From the sequence record OP617745.1: a stretch of DNA of 64,000 bases; one strand, given 5' to 3'. Both the position numbers and the translations under genes were made by a program. Of the stretch, positions 34,918-47,282 are shown piece by piece. A model generated the notes under the pieces. That model saw only the letters and a program-made list of their open reading frames with translations. It did no database searches and was not told the origin of the DNA. The stretch's first letter is position 1; every line of letters starts with the position of its first letter.

Positions 34918-35869
34918 ATTAAAATGTAATCAATATAATAGCCAAGAATTGTACTTGGCTATATTTGAATATTATAAGAATTTAAAAAATAAGCAAAGTA
35001 AAAAATTTAGAAAATATGTAGAAGAATCTAGATTATATAATATTGAATCTATGAAAAAGTTCTTTGCACTACAGGGTCATGGTATTGCTTATAAACCGGA
35101 ATATTATATGTATCTTCATTGTGTTGATGAAAAACAAGCTAATGAATATTTGAACATAATGATGGAAAATAAAAAAACCTCTAAAGAAAATTTTATTAAA
35201 AAGCATGGCATGGAAAAAGGTACATTATTGTGGAATGAATTTAAGAATAAAACATTAAATAAAACTCCAACTCGTGGAACTATGTATTTTACGGGTAATA
35301 ACGAACTTGATAAAATGCTATCATCATTATATAGAAAGATAACAAATAAAAGGTGTATAGAATATTATTTACACAATTATGATATTTCATATGAAAAAGC
35401 ATTAGAGTTGCAATTAAATTATCAAAAAGAAAATTCTGGTGTATTTGGAGAATATTATGAACTTAGAGATTTATCACATAAACCTAAATTTGATCATACG
35501 TTTGAAGTTACACAAGAATGCATACGTAAACGCCAAATATCAAAAAATAAACTTGGGAAATGTGTACATCCTGATGATAAAAAAGAATGGGAAAAATATA
35601 GAAATAAAGTATGTTCGTTAACAAGAAAAGAAATTTATATTTCTGAATTAGAAAATTATGATTTATATATAAAAAACCCAAACGAATGGCATCTGGATCA
35701 TATTGTATCTAAAATACATGGATTTTTAAACTCGGTACCACCGGAAATAATTGCTTCTATTCATAATTTACAGATTATTCCAGCTAAAGAGAATATAGCA
35801 AAAAACTATAGAAGTAATATGGACATTAATGATTTATTAAGGATATATAATGAAAATCGTAAAAATTGA
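34898..35869 (+). CDS. Free-standing HNH homing endonuclease inside split intein 2
   Basis: C-terminal HLDHIVS...HNLQIIPAKENIAKN; overlaps both flanking nrdA pieces by 20 nt. Confidence 0.8.
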   Translation: MKRIKDELKCNQYNSQELYLAIFEYYKNLKNKQSKKFRKYVEESRLYNIESMKKFFALQGHGIAYKPEYYMYLHCVDEKQANEYLNIMMENKKTSKENFIKKHGMEKGTLLWNEFKNKTLNKTPTRGTMYFTGNNELDKMLSSLYRKITNKRCIEYYLHNYDISYEKALELQLNYQKENSGVFGEYYELRDLSHKPKFDHTFEVTQECIRKRQISKNKLGKCVHPDDKKEWEKYRNKVCSLTRKEIYISELENYDLYIKNPNEWHLDHIVSKIHGFLNSVPPEIIASIHNLQIIPAKENIAKNYRSNMDINDLLRIYNENRKN

Positions 35870-35954
35870 AAAAAATGGAATAAAACCAACTTGGGATATT
35901 GAAGTCCCTGATGGAAATGAATATGTTCTTCCAAATGGTATTGTATCTCATAAT
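35850..35954 (+). mobile_element. Split intein 2, C-half (35 aa)
   Basis: Block F TWDIEVP and block G IVSHN, with Thr at +1. Confidence 0.92.
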
Positions 35955-36407
35955 ACATCATCACAAATTAGTAATAGTACTGCTGGTATTGAAAAGATTC
36001 GTTCTCTTGTAACAGTAAAAACTTCTAAAGATGGTGTTCTTAAACAAGTTGTACCTGAAATTTCAAAATTAAAGAACAAATATGACCTACTATGGGAACA
36101 ATCTGATAATATTGGTTATCTTCAGGTGTGTGGTGTTATGCAGAAATATATGGATCAAGGTATAAGTACTAATACGAGTTATAATCCTGAAAAGTTCCAA
36201 GATGGAAAAGTGCCAATGTCAGTACTGTTAACAGAACTCCTAATGGCTTATAAACTTAACGCGAAACAACTTTATTATCATAACGTGTTGGATAATGCTT
36301 CTGAAGTTGATATTGACAAATATATGGAAGAAAAAAATAAATTAACAAAAAATGATATTGTTTTGCCTGAGCTACCAGAAGATGATTGTGAGAGTTGTAA
36401 ATTGTAA
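35850..36407 (+). CDS. nrdA: nrdA polypeptide 3: IntC2 - NrdA C-terminus (150 aa)
   Basis: MKIVKIEK...TWDIEV...IVSHN/TSSQISNST, DQGISTN, LYY and the terminal CESCKL. Confidence 0.93.
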   Translation: MKIVKIEKNGIKPTWDIEVPDGNEYVLPNGIVSHNTSSQISNSTAGIEKIRSLVTVKTSKDGVLKQVVPEISKLKNKYDLLWEQSDNIGYLQVCGVMQKYMDQGISTNTSYNPEKFQDGKVPMSVLLTELLMAYKLNAKQLYYHNVLDNASEVDIDKYMEEKNKLTKNDIVLPELPEDDCESCKL

Positions 36408-36503
36408 TATATTAATTACTAAAAATATCACAAATTAATATCAATAGTAAAAAGCTAAACACCATATAACGGTTTTACTTTCAAATACAAATACTAATAT
36501 AAC

Positions 36504-36529
36504 AAATCCCACAATTACGTGGGATTTTT
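36504..36529 (+). terminator. Intrinsic terminator
   Basis: AAATCCCAC-AATTAC-GTGGGATTTTT. Confidence 0.7.
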
Positions 36530-36556
36530 ATTCTATAAAACAAAGGAATGTAACAA

Positions 36557-37681
36557 ATGTCAGTGTTTCAAAAAAATACAAAATCACATTTAGAAAAGAA
36601 TATGTTTTTTGATGAAGCGGTAGATATCCAACGCTTTGAAACTAATAAGTATTCTACCATTGAGAAATTAACCGAACAACAAAAAGGATTTTTCTGGAGT
36701 CCAGGTGAAGTTGATGTAAATAAAGACAAAATTGATTTTGCTAAATTATCCGAAGCGGAAAAGCATATTTTCACTTCCAACCTCAAACGTCAGATACTAC
36801 TTGATTCAGTACAGGGTCGTGGTCCAAACACAGTACTTCTACCACTGGCTTCGTTACCAGAAGTAGAAAATTTTATTGAAACTTGGGCGTTCTTTGAAGG
36901 TGCAATTCATAGTAAATCATATACTCATATTATTCGTAACATCTACACCAATCCATCTGAAGTGTTTGATACTATGCTTGATATTCCTGAAATTCTGGAT
37001 TGTGCCGTTGACGTATCTAAGTACTATGATGATTTAGAAGAATACGGTACTTGGTATCGTATGCTTGGTGTTGGTACACATACAATCAATGGCAAAGAAC
37101 TTGTTATTGACATGTATGAACTAAAAAAGAAACTATGGTTGTGCTTAAATTCCATTAACGTATTGGAGGGTATACGATTTTATGTCTCATTCTCTGCATC
37201 CTTTGCATTTGGTGAAAATAAAATCATGGAAGGTAGTGCCAAGATCATTAGACTAATTGCGAGGGATGAGTCTCTCCATTTAGCAGCAACTCAAATGATT
37301 CTTCGTTTGTTGAAAAAAGAAGATCCAGACTTTGTTAAAATTTCTGAAGAATGCTATGATGAAGTCCAGAGTATGTTCCTGGATGCTATTAAGCAAGAAG
37401 AAGACTGGGCTGATTATCTATTTAAAGATGGTTCTATTATCGGTCTTAATGCTGAAATACTAAAACAGTATGTTCGCTGGATTGGATCTAAACGTATGGC
37501 CGCAGTTGGAATTAAGTGTCCATATGCTGTAACAAAAAATAGCCCACTCCCATGGATGGAACATTGGATTAGTAGTGCGGGTGTGCAGGTTGCACCACAA
37601 GAAACTGAAATTAGTTCTTATGTAATTGGTGGAATTAAAGCAGATATTACAGAAAACACGTTCAGTTCATTTAAACTATAA
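36557..37681 (+). CDS. nrdB: Ribonucleotide reductase class Ia beta subunit
   Basis: FWSPGEV, LDSVQGR, IHSKSY, LEGIRFYVSF and RDESLH motifs and a PQETEISSY tail; uninterrupted. Confidence 0.96.
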   Translation: MSVFQKNTKSHLEKNMFFDEAVDIQRFETNKYSTIEKLTEQQKGFFWSPGEVDVNKDKIDFAKLSEAEKHIFTSNLKRQILLDSVQGRGPNTVLLPLASLPEVENFIETWAFFEGAIHSKSYTHIIRNIYTNPSEVFDTMLDIPEILDCAVDVSKYYDDLEEYGTWYRMLGVGTHTINGKELVIDMYELKKKLWLCLNSINVLEGIRFYVSFSASFAFGENKIMEGSAKIIRLIARDESLHLAATQMILRLLKKEDPDFVKISEECYDEVQSMFLDAIKQEEDWADYLFKDGSIIGLNAEILKQYVRWIGSKRMAAVGIKCPYAVTKNSPLPWMEHWISSAGVQVAPQETEISSYVIGGIKADITENTFSSFKL

Positions 37682-37686
37682 AATAC

Positions 37687-37720
37687 AAAATTCAGTACTT
37701 AATCAGTACTGAATTTTTTT
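37687..37720. terminator. Bidirectional terminator-like hairpin with two AGTACT sites
   Basis: AAAATTCAGTACT-TAATC-AGTACTGAATTTT. Confidence 0.75.
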
Positions 37721-37734
37721 ATAAGGTATAAATT

Positions 37735-37926
37735 ATGGATGAAATAAATCATATTACAAAAGATGTTTTTACTATTGATTACGGGGTTGAATACAAATTC
37801 GTAATGCAAGGTGGGTTTGAAATTTTAGGCACCGTTGTTGATGTGTTTGATAACGGGATTGAGCTATCAGATGGCACTCGACTGGTGCAGGAGCATATTC
37901 TTTTATTCAAAGCGATGAAACGATAA
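37735..37926 (+). CDS. Small hypothetical protein
   Basis: 63 aa with AAGG RBS. Confidence 0.55.
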   Translation: MDEINHITKDVFTIDYGVEYKFVMQGGFEILGTVVDVFDNGIELSDGTRLVQEHILLFKAMKR

Positions 37927-37932
37927 AATTTT

Positions 37933-37961
37933 TGAACAGACACAAATTCATGTGATATAAT
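37933..37961 (+). promoter_or_regulatory. Promoter TGAACA-N17-TATAAT (extended -10)
   Basis: Recurrent motif. Confidence 0.65.
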
Positions 37962-37998
37962 AAACTTGATAAAACACCAACACTAAGGAAACAAACAA

Positions 37999-38241
37999 AT
38001 GAACGAACTAAACAAAGAAGCTCTAAATGAAATGGTAGAAAACAACATCGAAGCAGCACAAGAAGAAATTGGTTATGAATTGTCAGAAGAAGATCTGGCA
38101 AAATCTCGTGATATCATTGCTCAACTGACTAAGTACTACAACATCAAAGATCAGAAACAAGAACATAACAAAAAGATCAAAGCACAACGCCGAGCTAAAA
38201 ATAAAGTACAACGTAATTCTCGTCGTATTAACCGAAAATAA
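37999..38241 (+). CDS. Hypothetical protein with a basic tail
   Basis: 80 aa with AAGGA RBS. Confidence 0.65.
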   Translation: MNELNKEALNEMVENNIEAAQEEIGYELSEEDLAKSRDIIAQLTKYYNIKDQKQEHNKKIKAQRRAKNKVQRNSRRINRK

Positions 38242-38256
38242 AAAGAGGTACCCAAG

Positions 38257-39374
<1,118 letters not shown>

Positions 39375-39379
39375 TAAAA

Positions 39380-39401
39380 AAGGAGGACTGTTGTCCTCCT
39401 T
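39380..39401. terminator. Bidirectional terminator between convergent genes
   Basis: AAGGAGGAC-TGTT-GTCCTCCTT. Confidence 0.75.
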
Positions 39402-40044
39402 ATAGTTTATTTAATTCAGTACCAATAAACTGCATTTGATCTTTGATTTTATTGACAAGTAATTCAACTTCGAATTTATTACAATGTTTATCAACTGTAA
39501 TCATTGTATATCCTACGATTTCATACCCGTTGGTGTCCAAAATAGGAATAGTGATAACAGTATCATATGTTACCCTTGTGCTTTTAACATAAGCACATGT
39601 GAAGTTTTTCGGATCATAATTTTGACTACATTCGTTGTTTGAAGTATAGATATTTTCAAAATGTACTTTGTTTAAAAGTAATTCTTGAAAAGTATTATTT
39701 TTCTTGTCAATCAAATACATATAATTACTTATCTTTCTTTCTGGATAACGGTTTTTAAATGCTATCCCCTCTTGTGATACTATTATTTTTGTATTTTTAT
39801 CTTTGTTAAATTTATATACAACTATATATTGTACTGAATCATCAAGATTTATAATTTCTTGCATATTGGTATCAATCCTGTTGATATGATAACTATATGG
39901 AAAAGCATTCTCTTGAATATGCGGAACTATTTGATTAACCAAAAAATCAGTTATTGTATCTTTATTGTAAATCATTAAAGAGAGTATAGTAACGAAAAAC
40001 GCTATAATACAAAGCTTTGATAGATCATGTTTTGTGCTGAGCAT
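39400..40044 (-). CDS. Single-TM protein with a GAF-like periplasmic domain (T4 holin T-like), paralogue 2
   Basis: N-terminal transmembrane segment, then IVVYKF...ITIPI...VGYTMI. Confidence 0.5.
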   Translation of the reverse strand: MLSTKHDLSKLCIIAFFVTILSLMIYNKDTITDFLVNQIVPHIQENAFPYSYHINRIDTNMQEIINLDDSVQYIVVYKFNKDKNTKIIVSQEGIAFKNRYPERKISNYMYLIDKKNNTFQELLLNKVHFENIYTSNNECSQNYDPKNFTCAYVKSTRVTYDTVITIPILDTNGYEIVGYTMITVDKHCNKFEVELLVNKIKDQMQFIGTELNKL

Positions 40045-40056
40045 AAGTTTACCTCC

Positions 40057-40779
40057 TTAATATTCCAAATAATAACCAACATCATTCGCAATATTTTGTG
40101 CTATGTTGTTGAATTGCTCAACTTCAGCTTCATCTTTAGGAACTCTTTTGAAATATACAGCAACATACCCAGTCATTGTTGCAAATTTAACAGGAGCAGA
40201 AACAAGATAAACATTTCCATCATTAACTAATGCAGGATAGTTAATCTGAGATGTATATTCGTTTCGTGTCTCGTTACTATCTTTCAAATACTCTGTGTAT
40301 ATTTTTTTTATTTCAACATAATATATGTGATTATTCCATAATTTATTAGTTTCTGCAAGAAATGAACTTAGTGGCAAGTTATCTAAATGGTAGACACTAA
40401 TATCGTCTTTATTTGGTGGATTAACCTTATAGGTAACTAAAATACGTCTTTCTGAAAATTGTGTATTTTCAGGAACATACTTATAAACTAATATCATAGA
40501 TATATCATTTGGATAAGCATTAATTGCTTTAGTTAACCCTTTATCAATAGCATCTTTATTTTCTTTCTTTATAGTATACTTCGTAGAATTTCCTAGTTCT
40601 TCATGTTTATTGGGATTGTTTAAGGTATTATTGATGTATAATGTCCAAGAATCAGATGTACTATATATAATAAAACCAATAACCAAGCAAAAAAACACTG
40701 TAATTATTTTAGAAGTCTTCCATTTCGTGATCATATCAAGGAGTTTATTAATATTTTCACTATCAAAATTGATATTCAT
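40057..40779 (-). CDS. Single-TM protein with a GAF-like periplasmic domain (T4 holin T-like), paralogue 1
   Basis: Transmembrane segment followed by YSTSDSW, ILVYKYVP, LVSAPV, TGYVAVYF and a terminal helix, matching T4 T topology by eye. TAAATA upstream (40811-40816, minus strand). Confidence 0.55.
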   Translation of the reverse strand: MNINFDSENINKLLDMITKWKTSKIITVFFCLVIGFIIYSTSDSWTLYINNTLNNPNKHEELGNSTKYTIKKENKDAIDKGLTKAINAYPNDISMILVYKYVPENTQFSERRILVTYKVNPPNKDDISVYHLDNLPLSSFLAETNKLWNNHIYYVEIKKIYTEYLKDSNETRNEYTSQINYPALVNDGNVYLVSAPVKFATMTGYVAVYFKRVPKDEAEVEQFNNIAQNIANDVGYYLEY

Positions 40780-40852
40780 ATCTCAATCCCCATGAGTAGA
40801 CTATATAGAGTATTTACCCCAAAACTAATTTTACCATGAGATAATTCTTAAT

Positions 40853-41201
40853 ATGATAATTTTATACTTTCTATGGATTAATATATTATTAGTACTGATA
40901 ACTTCAGGATTTAGTACTACTGCAATTGTTGTTTATATTTTAAGTTCAGTGTTTATGATTATGAGATCATTATCTATAATTTGTAGTACTGAATTAGCAA
41001 AAAAGAATAATGATTTTTATGTCTTTTTATCGGAACTTAAAGATGATAATCCAAAATTAACTAAAAGTAACATCGTGTGTTCCAATTTAATACATTTGAT
41101 ACTAATATTTGTATTTTTGCATAGTTATATTGCATTGGGCTTTGTATTATTTAATGTTATTATTAGACTTATCGAATCATATAAAATGGAGAAATTATTT
41201 A

Positions 41202-41209
<8 letters not shown>
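40853..41209 (+). CDS. Membrane protein
   Basis: 118 aa with several hydrophobic segments. Confidence 0.6.
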
Positions 41210-41722
<513 letters not shown>

Positions 41723-41726
<4 letters not shown>

Positions 41727-42307
41727 AGATAAAAGATATGGAAGTTCATTTATGTGAACGTAGTGAAATTTCTTCATTCATTGAAGAACATCATTATTCT
41801 AAAAATATTAATGGATGCATCACTGATTATTGTTTTAAATTAACATACAATAATGAAATAATTGGTGCTATGTTTTATGGAAAAATGGCTATGGCAAATC
41901 AATACAAAAGATTTGTTGATAAAGAAGAAGATTGCATTGAGTTGCGTAGGTTGTGTTGTATTGATGATACTCCAAAAAACACTGAAAGTTTTTTTATTGG
42001 AAAAACATTAAAATGGCTTAAAAAGAACACGCAAATAAAGGTGGTTGTTAGTTATGCAGATCAAGAATATGGTCATAGTGGTATAATTTATAAAGCATCT
42101 AATTTTGAATATAATGGATTTAAAAAAGGTGCTAAAGTTATAATCCACAATGGCAAACAATATCATGATAAAGCTATTAGAACTAAGTATAAAGGGAAGT
42201 TAAAACCATTTGCACAAAGATTAAAAGATGCATTAGACAGTGGTGATGCTTATTATAAACAAACTGCTGGAAAACATACTTACACTTACAAGTTAAGGAA
42301 AACTTAG
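41723..42307 (+). CDS. Mom-like GNAT protein (putative DNA-modification enzyme)
   Basis: FIEEHHYS, IELRRL, NTESFFIG, VSYAD...HSGIIYKASNF pattern of the Mu Mom family. Confidence 0.72.
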
Positions 42308-42330
42308 TATCATATACTCAAGGAAGAATA

Positions 42331-43689
42331 ATGTCAATAAAAAAAGAAACTACAAAATTAAAACCCACCGCAGATCAGAAAGTTATACTTGATGATTTTT
42401 TGGATAGAGTTGATAATTATCCAGGTAGGACTGAAGCTGTTCTTTCTGCACCTGCTGGTACTGGTAAAACGTTCACCACTGCTGAAATTATTAAATTACT
42501 TTATAAAGATTATAATATTGCGGTAACTTCTCCTACACACAAAGCAAATTCCGTAATTCAAAATATGCTTATCAACCAAGCAGGGATTACAAAAGAAGAT
42601 GCAAAGGTAAGTACTATTCATTCTTTTCTTGGGCTTAAATTGGTACAGGAAAAAAATCATCAAGTACTGAAGCACGATCCACATAGTAAATTATCAACAA
42701 CCAATGTTGATGTTCTTATCGTGGACGAATGTTCTATGATTTCAGAAGAATTATATTTCCATATACAGAATCAATTACATCGTGTACGAAGGGCAGTGTT
42801 ATACATTGGTGATAAATGTCAGTTACCACCAGTAGAAGCTGAAGTTATTGGTAAAGAAAAATTATCCCCAACCTTTGATGTTTCAGTACAGTATACATTA
42901 ACTGAAGTACTACGTCAGGCAATGGACAATCCAGTACTATCAGTCGCTACTGCTATCAGAGAATGCATCGGTACCAATAAAGATCCAATGCATATTATGG
43001 TCAATAACACAAAAGGCCATGATACTATCACACCCATTGATGATGAAGATTTATTTCTGAATGTATATAAGGATTTTATTATTGAAAACAAAGGTAATAG
43101 TAATAAAATTTTTGATTTCGTGAATGAAAATAAAATCCTTGCATATACGAATATGAGAGTTAATATTGCAAACATGTATATCAGAAATCAATTATATGAT
43201 GTACTTGATGAATTTGTAAAAGGGGAACCTATTGTATTTGAGAGTATTACCGAAAATAGTCCATATTCTGTTCAACAAATTATTCAGTGTCCAAGAGTGA
43301 GAAAAGAATCATTTATGGGTATTGATTGTTGGCAGTTTCAGTTACTTAATGGTAGTTTCATTTACGGTGTTGGGCCTTCATCACGTGCGGCAATGGAAGA
43401 TCATTTACAGGATATGGTAAGAAAGATTGAAAAGAAAGTTTTTAATCCATTGACAAAACGACCATATGTATGGCAGGATTATTATATCATTCGCAATAAA
43501 ATGCATATCATTAATTACCCATACGCAACAACTGTACACAAATCACAGGGTAGTACATTCGATAATATTTGGTTTGATACTGATTTCATTGAGAGAATCC
43601 CAAACAATGATATGAAATGTCGAATTCTTTATACTGCAATGACACGTCCCAGATATAGTGTAATGTTAAGACAGAATGATTACTATTAA
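42331..43689 (+). CDS. dda: Dda/RecD-like SF1B helicase
   Basis: APAGTGKT, SPTHKA, STIHSFLG, IVDECSMI, GDKCQLPPV and ATTVHKSQGSTF motifs. Confidence 0.9.
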   Translation: MSIKKETTKLKPTADQKVILDDFLDRVDNYPGRTEAVLSAPAGTGKTFTTAEIIKLLYKDYNIAVTSPTHKANSVIQNMLINQAGITKEDAKVSTIHSFLGLKLVQEKNHQVLKHDPHSKLSTTNVDVLIVDECSMISEELYFHIQNQLHRVRRAVLYIGDKCQLPPVEAEVIGKEKLSPTFDVSVQYTLTEVLRQAMDNPVLSVATAIRECIGTNKDPMHIMVNNTKGHDTITPIDDEDLFLNVYKDFIIENKGNSNKIFDFVNENKILAYTNMRVNIANMYIRNQLYDVLDEFVKGEPIVFESITENSPYSVQQIIQCPRVRKESFMGIDCWQFQLLNGSFIYGVGPSSRAAMEDHLQDMVRKIEKKVFNPLTKRPYVWQDYYIIRNKMHIINYPYATTVHKSQGSTFDNIWFDTDFIERIPNNDMKCRILYTAMTRPRYSVMLRQNDYY

Positions 43690-43728
43690 AATAAATAACA
43701 AAAAGAACTCTATGTTTTGGAGAACAAA

Positions 43729-44289
43729 ATGAATAACCAAATGCATGTTTTTAAAATTACAGTACCAGGTAAAGTACTGGATGATAAACTATATTATCAA
43801 TATACCGATTTCGAAGATGTAGTAGGTGATGCTACTAAACCACCAAGTGATGCACAAACTGTTGAGAAAAGTAAGGCGTATGTTCGTATGCGTTATTTCA
43901 ATATTCAACTGGCATCTCTAATGATTCCTGTGTATGCTACATTTGAACCAACTACTGCTGGTACTTGTGCTGTTATTCCAGATACACCAGTACTGCACAT
44001 TGGATACGTAAGTTATGAACCGTTCCTTAGTACTCTAAGTGATGCAGCACGTGCAGCCTTGGATACTGAAGACAAACGCACCGCCGCCGCCGCAAGTGTC
44101 ATTGAACAACTGCTAATCGACGCCCTGGCTAAAGATCTGGTTGGTGAACAAGTACAAGTTCAAAAAACTACAAATCGCACCACAAGTCCACTAACCACCA
44201 CCGAAGTTGATTACCGTGAGATCAGCATCGTGGAACTTGATGTTCCCGGAAGTGAAGTATTAGTTACTGTAGAATATGTAAAATTATAA
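43729..44289 (+). CDS. Hypothetical, probably structural protein
   Basis: TAAATA at 43692 and a GGAG RBS before the ATG at 43729. Confidence 0.6.
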   Translation: MNNQMHVFKITVPGKVLDDKLYYQYTDFEDVVGDATKPPSDAQTVEKSKAYVRMRYFNIQLASLMIPVYATFEPTTAGTCAVIPDTPVLHIGYVSYEPFLSTLSDAARAALDTEDKRTAAAASVIEQLLIDALAKDLVGEQVQVQKTTNRTTSPLTTTEVDYREISIVELDVPGSEVLVTVEYVKL

Positions 44290-44309
44290 TTTTCAATTGG
44301 AGTCTTGAC

Positions 44310-44498
44310 ATGCAGGATAAAAAATTCTATGATCGCATTATTGAAGATGAACAGTTCTTTGATAAAGTAATCTATGATATTGAGCATTTTATTGAAAATG
44401 CTCCAACGGTGAAAGCACGTCAACTGGGCTATGCAGTAAAACAAGGCTTAGTTGAAATCAAAAAAATTGCATCATATTATTCTGATGCTAAAAAATAA
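44310..44498 (+). CDS. Small hypothetical protein
   Basis: 62 aa with GGAG RBS. Confidence 0.6.
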   Translation: MQDKKFYDRIIEDEQFFDKVIYDIEHFIENAPTVKARQLGYAVKQGLVEIKKIASYYSDAKK

Positions 44499-44565
44499 TG
44501 CTTTACTAATGTTTTGAAATAACATATAATGCAATCTTACCAATAAAAACGGAGTAGTATAATAC

Positions 44566-45075
44566 ATGAAAGAAATTATTGCCAATGACAAAATTATTGC
44601 TAAAACTGTTCGTTTAGTAATGGATGGTTCTAGTGAAGTAATGGCAATTACTAAAGCACGTCAGGAAGCCGACAATTTGGGTCTTGATATTGTGGTTGTA
44701 AATAATGGGGATGTACCTGTAGTTAAAATTGTAGACCTTAACAAATACAAATACGAACTCAAACAATCAGAAAAAGCATCACTGAAAAAACAGCGTCAGA
44801 ATGTTATCAGTACAAAAGAAATTCAATTCACTTTTGGTACTCAGGATAATGATTTGACCGTTAAGGCTAAAGCTGCTACTAAGTTTTTATCAGAAGGTAA
44901 AAATGTATTAATTGTTATGAAAACCGTTGGTCGTGGAAATACACCTCAATTAGTTAAACAAAATATTGATGCGATGAATGCTTTTGTGAAACGTCTTGGT
45001 GAAGTAGACTTTATTCAAAAAGTCGAATATCAGGGCAAAAAAGTAACATGCACTGTCAAAAGTACTGTAAAATAA
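44566..45075 (+). CDS. infC: Translation initiation factor IF3 homologue
   Basis: ANDKI...VRLV, GLDIVVV, PVVKIVD..KYKYE, KEIQF, KFLSEGKNV and GR motifs; TTTACT-N17-TATAAT promoter at 44502-44530. Confidence 0.88.
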   Translation: MKEIIANDKIIAKTVRLVMDGSSEVMAITKARQEADNLGLDIVVVNNGDVPVVKIVDLNKYKYELKQSEKASLKKQRQNVISTKEIQFTFGTQDNDLTVKAKAATKFLSEGKNVLIVMKTVGRGNTPQLVKQNIDAMNAFVKRLGEVDFIQKVEYQGKKVTCTVKSTVK

Positions 45076-45630
<555 letters not shown>

Positions 45631-45634
45631 TAAT

Positions 45635-46255
<621 letters not shown>

Positions 46256-46267
46256 GGAGTAAATCCA

Positions 46268-47185
46268 ATGCCTAGTAAGAGTCAATCACAAGCACGATTA
46301 TTTGCAGCAATGGCACATGATCCAGAAATTGCAAAACAACATGGTGTTTCTATGAGTACAGCAAAAGAATGGAATAAATCAGATGCAGAAATGGGTAATC
46401 TAAATAAAAGTTCTAAACTACCAAAGCATGTAAAAAAAGAAAAGACTGAAGAAAGTTCTACGCGTGACATTCTTGATTATCTCAATAATCTTGAATTACA
46501 GGACGAAATAGAACAAGAAGAGAAAGCGGTACAGTACAGTACAGAACGCTCTAGAATGCATCAAGAAGGCTGTCAGTGCGACGATTGTTCCAATAATGAG
46601 CACCACTATTACCCTGATGTACAACACGCCCATGATTGCTCCTGTGATGATTGTGCTTCACATGTTGAGTTACAGGAAATGCCACAGAGATTTGATGCAT
46701 TTGCTGGACAAGACCGAGATGAATTCGTTGATAAAACCGCTGAAATGACAGGCAGACACAACATGGTTCCATTTGCTGAACATGCTGATTATACTGTGTA
46801 TAAAAATAAAAACGGTTCAGGGTTTATTGCTTATGGTAAAGATGGTAAACAGCTTGCAGTACTTAGTGGGTATGTGAGTGATAATGTAGTACATGGAGTA
46901 CCAAATGTATTTGTTGAAGAAGCAATTGCATCCAAGACTGGTACTAAGGGTGTAATTTATACTATTTTCACTGATCTGTTAAATGCAGGATATAAAATTT
47001 TAAGTGATGAATTACATTCAGATGATGCAATTGCTTTTTGGTCTAAATTGATTTCATCTCATCAGGTATATGTGGTTGGTGACGGTGAAGTACTGGCTCG
47101 TGCTAATACTCAAAAATTACACAAGTATTGGAGTTCAGATGAAACAAGTCCAAGTGCAGAATTACGTTTATTACTAGTAAAATAA
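46268..47185 (+). CDS. Hypothetical late protein with a Cys/His-rich linker and a GNAT-like C-domain
   Basis: Two HxxCxCDDC motifs; C-terminal ILSDELHSDDAIAFWSKL. Confidence 0.5.
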   Translation: MPSKSQSQARLFAAMAHDPEIAKQHGVSMSTAKEWNKSDAEMGNLNKSSKLPKHVKKEKTEESSTRDILDYLNNLELQDEIEQEEKAVQYSTERSRMHQEGCQCDDCSNNEHHYYPDVQHAHDCSCDDCASHVELQEMPQRFDAFAGQDRDEFVDKTAEMTGRHNMVPFAEHADYTVYKNKNGSGFIAYGKDGKQLAVLSGYVSDNVVHGVPNVFVEEAIASKTGTKGVIYTIFTDLLNAGYKILSDELHSDDAIAFWSKLISSHQVYVVGDGEVLARANTQKLHKYWSSDETSPSAELRLLLVK

Positions 47186-47188
47186 AAA

Positions 47189-47208
47189 ATGGGAGCTTAT
47201 GCTCCCAT
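47189..47208 (+). terminator. Terminator-like hairpin
   Basis: ATGGGAGC-TTAT-GCTCCCAT; weak U-tract. Confidence 0.55.
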
Positions 47209-47217
47209 AAATATTTT

Positions 47218-47246
47218 TGAACAAAAACATTAAAATCAACTATAAT
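47218..47246 (+). promoter_or_regulatory. Promoter TGAACA-N17-TATAAT
   Basis: Recurrent motif upstream of the topoisomerase gene. Confidence 0.65.
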
Positions 47247-47282
47247 TTATACGTTATAACAAAGATACAAAAGGATTTAATA

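Noticed and set aside
30877-36407. nrdA as a pseudogene or assembly error
   Set aside because: Every break coincides with canonical intron or intein boundary motifs. Splicing restores a full-length protein with all catalytic residues, and the downstream pieces have their own ATG and RBS.
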